A stretch of DNA of 18,090 nucleotides from Promethearchaeati archaeon (lineage in GTDB: Archaea > Asgardarchaeota > Heimdallarchaeia > JABLTI01). Of this stretch, positions 9,102 through 16,634 are shown one piece after another; positions within the stretch are counted from its first letter, which is position 1; each line of letters begins with the position of its first letter. The position numbers were made by a program, and so were the translations under genes. The stretch lies in contig JABLTI010000076.1 in NCBI GenBank assembly GCA_013166835.1, positions 1 to 18,090 of the forward strand, in the 5' to 3' direction. The notes under the pieces were generated by a model that was not told the origin of the DNA, ran no database searches, and saw only the letters and a program-made list of their open reading frames with translations.

Positions 9102-9285
9102 TCTTTTTTTCAACTCCAAATTCAGAACTTGGATTCTGTTCTTGAATTACCTTGAGCATACTATCGTATTAGATACATATCAAAGTTTTCATAAATCTAC
9201 TAAACAATAGTATTTATACATTACTTCTAGTTGAAAAACAGTATTTTAAATTTTTCCAACGAATAAAAAGAAGGGAAATTGACAA

Positions 9286-10257
9286 TTATGTAATAACCAT
9301 GCCACAGTTTTTACACACTTGTGACCCTTTGTCAACTAATTCTCCACAGACTGAGCAAGTAAGTACTTTCTCTACTTCATACAGCTCATCTTCAGGAATA
9401 CTTAGGAGGATTTGTTGTCCTTGGAGTCTAGCTCTAAAACTTCTTGGATTACCTAGAAGCTTCATTATGTCTTCGGGCAGAGAAATTCTATTCTGGTTAT
9501 CTACAGCTAATCGTCTTGTTTCAGCGAGGTCCCGGAGACGAATACTACTCCCATGTGTTGCAAGGATAACCCCATCCTTGATTTCGATAATCCTTTCAGC
9601 ACGGGAAGCAACCTGTTGTGCATGAGTAGCAATTAGTAATGCAACTCCTAATTCACGATTAATATCATCTAAGACATCTAGAATTTGCTCACCAGTTAAG
9701 GGATCCAGGGAAGCGGTAACTTCATCAGCAATAATTAGTTGGGGATTAGTAACTAGTGCAGCTGCAAGTGCAACACGTTGACGTTCTCCACCTGACAACA
9801 TGTTAGGTTTATGTTTAACTCTGTCACCTAGACCAACTAGATCAATAAGCATGGAAGTTCTTTCATCGATTTCCTCTTTTTCCATTCCAGCAAGATGACC
9901 GCCAAGTTTCACATTTTGACTAACATTAAGATGAGAAATTAACTTTGTTTCTTGAAAAACAAGTCCTGCAAATCTTCTGCGTTCGCGAACTATTTGTTCA
10001 CCTGATAATCTTGAGATATCTCTAGAAATACCAGACCAAAAGATTTTACCAGAAGTCGGTGGTAATAGTCCAGCAGAAATATTTACTAGTGTAGTTTTTC
10101 CTGCACCTGAAGGACCAATTAATGCTACTTTCTCTCCAGGATAAACTGTTAAAGAAACACCTCTTAAAGCCGCAGTCTCTGTTTTCTCACTTTGATAAAT
10201 TTTGTATACTTCTTCAATATTGAGAATGGGCATTTGAAATGATGGATCGGTTGTCAT
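9286..10257 (-). CDS. LolD/MacB-like ABC ATPase fused to a C-terminal AbrB/MraZ-like domain and a C4 zinc ribbon
   Basis: GPSGAGKTT, LVFQE, LSGGERQRVALAAAL, IADEVT and ATHA, then 'VDNQNRISLPEDIMKLLG' and 'CSVCGELVDKGSQVCKNCG'. The start is uncertain (GTG 10302, ATG 10257 or ATG 10233). Confidence 0.88.
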   Translation of the reverse strand: MTTDPSFQMPILNIEEVYKIYQSEKTETAALRGVSLTVYPGEKVALIGPSGAGKTTLVNISAGLLPPTSGKIFWSGISRDISRLSGEQIVRERRRFAGLVFQETKLISHLNVSQNVKLGGHLAGMEKEEIDERTSMLIDLVGLGDRVKHKPNMLSGGERQRVALAAALVTNPQLIIADEVTASLDPLTGEQILDVLDDINRELGVALLIATHAQQVASRAERIIEIKDGVILATHGSSIRLRDLAETRRLAVDNQNRISLPEDIMKLLGNPRSFRARLQGQQILLSIPEDELYEVEKVLTCSVCGELVDKGSQVCKNCGMVIT

Positions 10258-10507
10258 CTTAATCCCAATTTTAATATTATGAACTATTATTTTACTTTTC
10301 ACGTTTCATTGAAATTTAGTTCTATAGAAAACTGATATGATGAAGATTTTTAAATCATTCATTTAGATTGATTTGCAGATAATTTGTTGAGAAAATGGAA
10401 AATCTCTCTTATTTGATGAGAATAAACTCACTATTCAGCATTTATAAAGCTCGTTAAATTTCGAGTTAAGAGAAAATGTTAAAAGTATTAAAACATAAAT
10501 CGAATCT

Positions 10508-11521
10508 ATGAGCACTATAAATGAGAAAATTGAAAAAGAATCAGCAGAACCTGCTGAGAGCCGGATTGCCTCTACTTGGAAAGAAGCTAGTAAATTTCCA
10601 ACAAAGCGTTTATTAGATTATATTGGGCCGACAGGTCTCTGGATTCTAAGCTTTTATTTGGCATCAATCTTTATGATGATTGTACTTAATATAGCTAGAC
10701 TCGGTTTTACAGGTGAAGCTATTTTTAGTGCACCATCTTATTTTACCCAATTATTCATTAGCTACGGATTAAATTCCGGAAAAATCGCTGTTCCACCTCC
10801 AGACACTTTATTGGAACTTCCAGCTTACCTAGATGTGGATTATGGTTTGCAAAAAATCGATTTCGCTAATGCTTTAACTTCTGGCGCATGGCTTTTCGCT
10901 CCACTTGTGATTTATGTCCTTGGATTGCTTTTAGCCATTTTACCAGGATCAGGTTTTCCCCAACCAATTGGTGATTTTGATTACTTAACAAATTTCCAAT
11001 ATTTCCATAACTTCGTGCCATTCTTAGGTTTTACTGTAAATCCAGAAACAAATATTATGACTACTACTGGTGCTTTCTATTTCCTAATTGCTTGGTTACC
11101 AATAATACTTGCATGTCTCATTGGTGCTTTTGTAACTAAGCGAATCTTCAAGGAAAAGAAGAACAGAAGTATAAGCGTATTGAAATTGATGATTTTAAAC
11201 CTCGTAACAGGTTTCATTGTTGGTATGCAGATGGGAGCAATAACTGGAGAGGTAAACTTCAGAATTATTGGTGCTCTTAAAACCATCTTTACAAGCTCAT
11301 ATGACAATACTGGATATTTCTTCTCAGGTCAATATCATCCAAACACCATTATAATTGTTTCATGGTTCGTGAATTTCATACCAATGATTATGGCAGCAAT
11401 CTGGTATCTAATCTATGACCCTTTAGAAGACTACATAGTAAAAACAGCAAAAAATACTGGAGCTTTTACAGCCAAAAAATTCAAAAAAAGATTCAAAAAG
11501 AATAATAATTCTACTGAATAA
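10508..11521 (+). CDS. Hypothetical polytopic membrane protein (about 5-7 hydrophobic segments, basic C-terminal tail)
   Basis: 337-aa ORF filling the space between neighbouring genes, with alternating hydrophobic segments and loops and a downstream terminator-like hairpin. No family motif recognised. Confidence 0.8.
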   Translation: MSTINEKIEKESAEPAESRIASTWKEASKFPTKRLLDYIGPTGLWILSFYLASIFMMIVLNIARLGFTGEAIFSAPSYFTQLFISYGLNSGKIAVPPPDTLLELPAYLDVDYGLQKIDFANALTSGAWLFAPLVIYVLGLLLAILPGSGFPQPIGDFDYLTNFQYFHNFVPFLGFTVNPETNIMTTTGAFYFLIAWLPIILACLIGAFVTKRIFKEKKNRSISVLKLMILNLVTGFIVGMQMGAITGEVNFRIIGALKTIFTSSYDNTGYFFSGQYHPNTIIIVSWFVNFIPMIMAAIWYLIYDPLEDYIVKTAKNTGAFTAKKFKKRFKKNNNSTE

Positions 11522-11578
11522 TAGATTTGCATTCAATAGTGCTCATTTTGTAATGCAAAACTATTTTCTTTCTATTTC
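11520..11578 (+). terminator. Imperfect hairpin plus T-rich tract after the membrane protein gene
   Basis: AATAG-a-TTTGCATT-CAA [11-nt loop] TTG-t-AATGCAAA-a-CTATT (11520-11565), followed by TTCTTTCTATTT. Confidence 0.5.
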
Positions 11579-11587
11579 TAGAAAAAA

Positions 11588-11621
11588 GTAAAACTTAGAG
11601 TAAAAATTACTCTAGCTTTAC
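11588..11621 (-). terminator. Hairpin after proS (convergent gap)
   Basis: Core TAGAGTAA-aaa-TTACTCTA (11596-11614) with outer GTAAA/TTTAC pairs. TTTTTT follows on the minus strand. Confidence 0.5.
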
Positions 11622-11647
11622 AGGTATCGAGAAATTTGGAAATTTTT

Positions 11648-13156
11648 TTAGTATCTTTTTGCTAAAACTGAAATAAATCCGAAAGAAGAACAATATAGGC
11701 ATTTCTTCTTCTTCTTATGTTTTAACTGATAGTCATAGCCAAGTATTGTAAACTTTGTCTGTTGCTCGATTGCTTCTGCACAGGATTCCGAACCGCACCA
11801 GCTTATAAGATACATATTATTTTGAATTAGTTTTGTATCTTCAAGAAGTAATTCTAAGTTTTCCTTATCTGAAAAATCTATAATACTTTCTTGATAAGTT
11901 AATAGTGCTTTCTTTCTCATTGAATCATCCATAGTTTTTTGGGTCTTCAAAATTTGGGCTTGTATACTTTGCGATTGCCAATTCAATGTTTCTTTTTGTA
12001 AAGTATCTCGACGCGTAATTGTTAATTTATTATTAGCAAATTCTTTTTGACCAATTTCTATACGTAAAGGAATTCCCAATCTTTCAGATTGATAGAATTT
12101 CATCCCTGGAGTGGTTAGTTCATTATCATCTATTTCAACCTTAAATCCAAAAGAAATCAATTGTTTCTTAATTTCATTTGAATACTGCATTATTGTTGAT
12201 TTGTTTTTTCGGTTGAAGATAGGGATAATAATCATATCTATGGGAGAAATGTCGGGCAATAAGACAAGTCCTTTGTTGTCACCGTAATATGCTATTATTG
12301 TAGCCAAAATCCTATCAATTGAAGGTCCATAGCATAAGAGGTGAGTGAACTGTTTCTTTTTGTGATGATCGAGATATTCTATGTTGAAAATCTTGCTAAA
12401 TGTAGTTCCTAGGTATGCAGTAGTAAATAGCTCCATTGATTTACTTCCTGGGAGTATTACGTAACCATCTATGGTTTTTGTTGAACCTACAAATCGATCC
12501 CATTTAGGAACTTCAATCAGTTTAACAGGAATGCCAAGTTTTTCGAACAAGATTGAGTATGTTTTCCCAATTGTTTCAAGAAAGGCTAATGCTTCTTTTT
12601 TCGATTGAAAAGCTGAATGACCTTCTATAAATCCAATTGTTTCTCTGTTCCTAATTAATGGACGAGTATCATTAGTTTCGCAACGAAAGATGCTGACATT
12701 TTGAAACACTTTCAAAGGCATATCACGCCAACTGCGAATCCAACGAGCAAACATTGGATAGATTATGAGCTCAGAGGTAGGACGTAATGCTAATCTTTCA
12801 CCTTTTGCTAATTTTTTGCTTCCTTCACGATCAACCCAAAATACCTCATTCTCAAAGTTACGTATGAAATCAGTTTCCTTAAGAAAGGTTGATTCTTTTA
12901 TCAAAGTAGGAAATTGCATTTGGTTATGACCGGATTGAATATAAGCTTCTTGAGCAAAAGCATAAATCTTTTTGAAAAGCTTATAGCCCCAATCAAGCCA
13001 TACATAGCTACCTTTTACACTATAATTAGTGTCCACAATTCTTGCTTCTTGAAGTATCCAAAGGAACCACAGCCAGAAATCAATGTTCTTATCAATGGTC
13101 ACTTTTTGATCTTCAGTTTTATTTTTTACTTGCTGTTCATTCTGGAACATATTCAC
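11648..13156 (-). CDS. proS: Prolyl-tRNA synthetase, archaeal/eukaryote type, divergent
   Basis: VKGSYVW, LALRPTSE, motif 2 FRCETNDTRPLIRNRE..FIEGH, motif 3 CYG..DR, the anticodon-binding domain (TPGMKF..SERLGIPLRIEIG, RRDT), the C-terminal Zn site (WCGSESC..CLYC) and a terminal Tyr. Start is GTG 13156 or ATG 13150. Confidence 0.88.
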   Translation of the reverse strand: MNMFQNEQQVKNKTEDQKVTIDKNIDFWLWFLWILQEARIVDTNYSVKGSYVWLDWGYKLFKKIYAFAQEAYIQSGHNQMQFPTLIKESTFLKETDFIRNFENEVFWVDREGSKKLAKGERLALRPTSELIIYPMFARWIRSWRDMPLKVFQNVSIFRCETNDTRPLIRNRETIGFIEGHSAFQSKKEALAFLETIGKTYSILFEKLGIPVKLIEVPKWDRFVGSTKTIDGYVILPGSKSMELFTTAYLGTTFSKIFNIEYLDHHKKKQFTHLLCYGPSIDRILATIIAYYGDNKGLVLLPDISPIDMIIIPIFNRKNKSTIMQYSNEIKKQLISFGFKVEIDDNELTTPGMKFYQSERLGIPLRIEIGQKEFANNKLTITRRDTLQKETLNWQSQSIQAQILKTQKTMDDSMRKKALLTYQESIIDFSDKENLELLLEDTKLIQNNMYLISWCGSESCAEAIEQQTKFTILGYDYQLKHKKKKKCLYCSSFGFISVLAKRY

Positions 13157-13242
13157 CTATTTTCAAAGTTATTTCTTCCTCCGTTTTGTTTTGAAGAAAT
13201 TTCGGTCTTTGTTTAGAAGACAAGTGAGTTCAACAGACCTAC

Positions 13243-13277
13243 AACTAACCAAAGAAAAAATACCGGATTGGTTAGTT
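13243..13277. repeat. 10-bp inverted repeat AACTAACCAA-N15-TTGGTTAGTT in the proS / Fe-S gene divergent region
   Basis: Perfect arms at 13243-13252 and 13268-13277, read directly from the sequence. Confidence 0.6.
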
Positions 13278-13398
13278 CGGAAAGTGATATCCTGTCATTT
13301 AAAAGACCTAATGAAATTCATAACTCATTTTTTAAAAATCTTTGTGTATCAAGGAGAAAAAATCATAAAGAAATAATATTAACATAATAGAGATTGTA

Positions 13399-14241
13399 AT
13401 GACTCGACCTCGCTGGTTTATTGAATTACTGAAGAAGTCTTTTGCTAGTAGATTCCTACTCGCGAAACTTACTCGAGTTCCTGGGTTTAAACAGATTATC
13501 GATTCTTTACTCTTCAAAGATGATATGATTTTTTATCTCCCAAACAAAGAAGCTATTGAAACATCAGCTACTAAGAGTATCCAAATTGGTAAAACAATTC
13601 CACAACAAGAGGATATTATTATTCCTACTCAGATTATTGATAAATTCATTGAGGAAGCTGAACATCTTTTTATTATGAATTTCTGCTTGTGTCGAGAATC
13701 AACTCAGTGTGAAGACTACTCGAGTAAACTTGGCTGTTTATTTATGGGTGATGCAGTGTTACAAATTGACCCATCATATGGAAAACTAGCTTCTAAGAAT
13801 GAGGCCAAGGAACACATAAAACGTTGTCTAGAAGCAGGATTGATACAACTAATTGGGAGAAATAAATTGGATAAGCAATGGCTAGATGTGAAACCAGGCC
13901 ACAAATTATTAACCGTTTGTAATTGCTGCGAATGCTGTTGCTTATGGAAAATGCTTCCAGATTTAGATATTAAGATAAGTCGTAATTTCACAAAAATGCC
14001 TGGTTTAAATGTAAAGATAGACGACAAATGTATTGGGTGCGAAGATTGTACACAAGGCATTTGTTTCGTAAACGCTATCGAATTACATGGAGGGAAAGCA
14101 GAAATCAATGAAGATATTTGCCGAGCTTGTGGACGATGCATTAGCATTTGTAAACAAGAAGCAATACAGATGATAATTCAAGACACAGATTTTATCAATG
14201 AATCTATCAGAAGAATCTCATCTGCAGTGGATGTGAATTGA
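13399..14241 (+). CDS. Cys-rich iron-sulfur protein with C-terminal 2x[4Fe-4S] ferredoxin domain, function unknown
   Basis: CIGCEDCTQGIC and CRACGRCISIC ferredoxin motifs. Upstream CLCR..C, GCLFMG and CNCCECCC motifs. Confidence 0.85.
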   Translation: MTRPRWFIELLKKSFASRFLLAKLTRVPGFKQIIDSLLFKDDMIFYLPNKEAIETSATKSIQIGKTIPQQEDIIIPTQIIDKFIEEAEHLFIMNFCLCRESTQCEDYSSKLGCLFMGDAVLQIDPSYGKLASKNEAKEHIKRCLEAGLIQLIGRNKLDKQWLDVKPGHKLLTVCNCCECCCLWKMLPDLDIKISRNFTKMPGLNVKIDDKCIGCEDCTQGICFVNAIELHGGKAEINEDICRACGRCISICKQEAIQMIIQDTDFINESIRRISSAVDVN

Positions 14242-14312
14242 AGTAATTTCTTAGAAATCTTTTTTTGCTAACTGGAATATAACAATCTAAATAGAATCTA
14301 AGGTGAAATGAT

Positions 14313-15509
14313 TTGGTTTTAGTAAAGATTTCTGAAAAAATGCAAGTAAAAAGGATTGAAAAAATAAGATCGGTTTTACAAGCAAAGAATTTGAAGGGAA
14401 TGATTTTCTTTAATACAAGAAGTATATTTTACTTAACAGGATTTCATCATATCCCAACTGAAAGACCCATTGCGTTGGTTTTACCAACAGATGGTGATTT
14501 GGGATTATTTGTGCCTGAATTAGAAGTTAACCAAGTAAAAGATACAGTACCATTAGTTCCTGATGTTTTTAGCTATTTTGAATACCCAGATGAAATACAT
14601 CCGATGAAACATTTTGCTAAAGGATTAATGGAACGTGGATTAGGAGATAAAGAAATAGCAGCAGATTCTCCTGGAGCTCCAAGTTATTGGGGCTATTTGG
14701 GGGCAAAATTAGCAGAGATTGTTCCAAAAGCGAAAATTACAATTCTAAATGAATTGATAATGGATATGCGAGTCATCAAGGATGAAGAAGAAATAGCTCT
14801 AATAAAAGAAAGCTGTAAGTGGGGTAATCTTGCTCATCAATTATTACAAGAGTACACCTATGTTGGTGCTTCTGAAATCGAAGTTGTTAATGGAGTTAAT
14901 GCTGAAGCATCCAGAGTGATGATGAAAACTTTGGGGCCATCCTTCAAACCTTTAAGTGGGGCAATATGTGCTTCTGCTGGTTATAGAGGACAAATCGGGG
15001 CTGGATCAGCAATTCCTCATGCAACTACTGGAAATAATTACTTCAAAGCAGGTGATACATTAGTCACAGGAGCAGGTTCCAATGTTGGAGGATATCGAAG
15101 CGAACTCGAACGCACTATGTTCATGGGTGAACCCTCTGAAAAACAGGTGAAATACTTTAACATAATGTATAAAGCTCAAGATGCAGCGTTAAATGCATTT
15201 GGTCCGAATGTTAAGAATGCAGATGTTGACAGAGCAGCTCGTAAAGTCTTCAAAGATGAAGGTGTCTGGGATCTTGTAGAACACCATACAGGGCATGCGA
15301 TTGGTATGGAAGGACATGAACGACCATTTTTAGATATTGGTTCTAAAGTCATCATGAAACCGGGAATGGTCTTTACAGTTGAACCAGGAATCTATATTCA
15401 TAATTTCGCTGGTTTTAGGCATTCAGATACTGTACTCATTACTGAAGATGGTTCTGAAATGTTGACCTATTACCCTCGAGATCTTGAGTCACTAATTATC
15501 GATTTGTGA
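14313..15509 (+). CDS. M24 (Xaa-Pro peptidase/creatinase, pita-bread fold) family hydrolase with non-canonical metal site
   Basis: Creatinase/prolidase-like N-domain ('IFYLTGF'), 'MRVIKDEEEI', 'SAIPHA', 'HHTGHAIGMEGHE' and 'PGMVFTVEPGIY'. GGTGA RBS precedes TTG 14313. Confidence 0.88.
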   Translation: MVLVKISEKMQVKRIEKIRSVLQAKNLKGMIFFNTRSIFYLTGFHHIPTERPIALVLPTDGDLGLFVPELEVNQVKDTVPLVPDVFSYFEYPDEIHPMKHFAKGLMERGLGDKEIAADSPGAPSYWGYLGAKLAEIVPKAKITILNELIMDMRVIKDEEEIALIKESCKWGNLAHQLLQEYTYVGASEIEVVNGVNAEASRVMMKTLGPSFKPLSGAICASAGYRGQIGAGSAIPHATTGNNYFKAGDTLVTGAGSNVGGYRSELERTMFMGEPSEKQVKYFNIMYKAQDAALNAFGPNVKNADVDRAARKVFKDEGVWDLVEHHTGHAIGMEGHERPFLDIGSKVIMKPGMVFTVEPGIYIHNFAGFRHSDTVLITEDGSEMLTYYPRDLESLIIDL

Positions 15510-15524
15510 TTTCAGAGAAAACAG

Positions 15525-15549
15525 AAACCGCCTATTCTTGGCGGTTTTT
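15525..15549. terminator. Bidirectional GC-rich hairpin terminator between convergent genes
   Basis: AAACCGCC-tattctt-GGCGGTTT(TT), with T-rich runs on both strands, in the 38-nt gap between the M24 and DMT genes. Confidence 0.65.
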
Positions 15550-16531
15550 AGGATTTTTGAGTAATATACAGTCCTCCGATAATTAAAACCCCACCAAGAG
15601 CAAAAAACCAATCAGGATATTCTTTCATTGCTAGAGCAAATAAAGTAGCAATTATAGGTATCAAGAATTGAAAGACACTAGCTTTTTGGACAGGTATTCT
15701 TCTAATAATCTCAAACCAAAGAGTAAATGCAATTGCGGTTGGCACAACTCCCATGAAAACCAATGTGAAAATATGATAATATTTTGTTGCTGATGTGAAA
15801 CTTCTATCAACAGCAAGCATTACAATAAGAAGTATTATCGCACTAATACTCAGTGTCCAAGTTGTAGTAGTGATAGGATCTCTTTCTTTTAGAAACTTCT
15901 TAAGATAAACAGAATAAGCAGCCCATGCAACTCCAGACATGAATCCTAATAAATTTCCTAGAGAAGTTTCACTGGAAAAAACTGTAGATAGCTCTCTAAC
16001 ATCAACTGCTATGAAAAAAACTCCTACAAAAGAAATTAAAACTCCAATCGCTCCCCACCATTTATGTCGTTCTTTCAAAATTATTATTGATAAAACAAAA
16101 GTAAGGACCGGATTCACATTTAAGAGAAAAGAAGAAGCCGAAGCAGTTGTAAATTTGACTGAATACATTTGAAACAACACAAATGAAGCTAAAATAAGGG
16201 AAGCAATTATCAGATGAATGTGTTTTTCTTTTAGATCTATTAGAAGTTGTTTTCCTCTTTTTGTTGCAAGACAAACTAGTACTAAGGTTAACGCAGCTGG
16301 TAAGTAACGTATTGCACTTATTTGTATTGGAGTTAGTCCACTGTTATTTGTTAGATATTCTCCAATTACATTTGGTGTAGACCATGCAAGAATGACAATA
16401 ATTAGCATGGTGATAACTTGCCAATTGAATTCTGTACCAGATTTAGAAGTGATTTTTACAGTTTCTTCTGGAAGTCCCTCAGAAGATTGATCTGCAACAA
16501 TAACAACTGGCAATTCGTCTTTCTCTGACAA
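15548..16531 (-). CDS. EamA/DMT-family transporter (10 TM, two EamA repeats)
   Basis: 'LTPIQISAIRY', 'SVKFTTASASSFLLNVNPVLTFVLS.IILKER', 'GNLLG..SGVAWAAYSVYLK' and 'ASVFQFLIPIIATL'. TTG start with GAGG upstream. Confidence 0.9.
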   Translation of the reverse strand: MSEKDELPVVIVADQSSEGLPEETVKITSKSGTEFNWQVITMLIIVILAWSTPNVIGEYLTNNSGLTPIQISAIRYLPAALTLVLVCLATKRGKQLLIDLKEKHIHLIIASLILASFVLFQMYSVKFTTASASSFLLNVNPVLTFVLSIIILKERHKWWGAIGVLISFVGVFFIAVDVRELSTVFSSETSLGNLLGFMSGVAWAAYSVYLKKFLKERDPITTTTWTLSISAIILLIVMLAVDRSFTSATKYYHIFTLVFMGVVPTAIAFTLWFEIIRRIPVQKASVFQFLIPIIATLFALAMKEYPDWFFALGGVLIIGGLYITQKS

Positions 16532-16634
16532 TGAAAAACTTCCTCAAGAAGAAAACAATAAATTCATTACTTAAAAAGATAGATGATTAATTATCGCTTA
16601 CATATTTGTAAGAGCAAAAACGGTTGTAAAAAAA

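Noticed and set aside
5443-9625. ORFs 5443-5667, 5970-6176, 6112-6327, 6932-7309, 7622-7843 and 9299-9625
   Set aside because: All overlap clear opp or ATPase genes in another frame or strand, with no independent evidence.
10508-11521. Possibility that the multi-TM protein is a rhodopsin
   Set aside because: The last TM segment has no retinal-binding Lys, and no rhodopsin motifs are visible.
14239-14280. TGA stop of the Cys-rich Fe-S gene as possible selenocysteine
   Set aside because: The TGA is not at a Cys-motif position, the readthrough would be short and featureless, and I saw no SECIS-like element.
11077-16274. ORFs 11077-11307, 12914-13216, 13191-13376, 13332-13517, 13716-14147, 15939-16172 and 16062-16274
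   Set aside because: Shadows of real genes. 13191-13376 is intergenic but short, starts with TTG, has no RBS or motif, and occupies a divergent promoter region.
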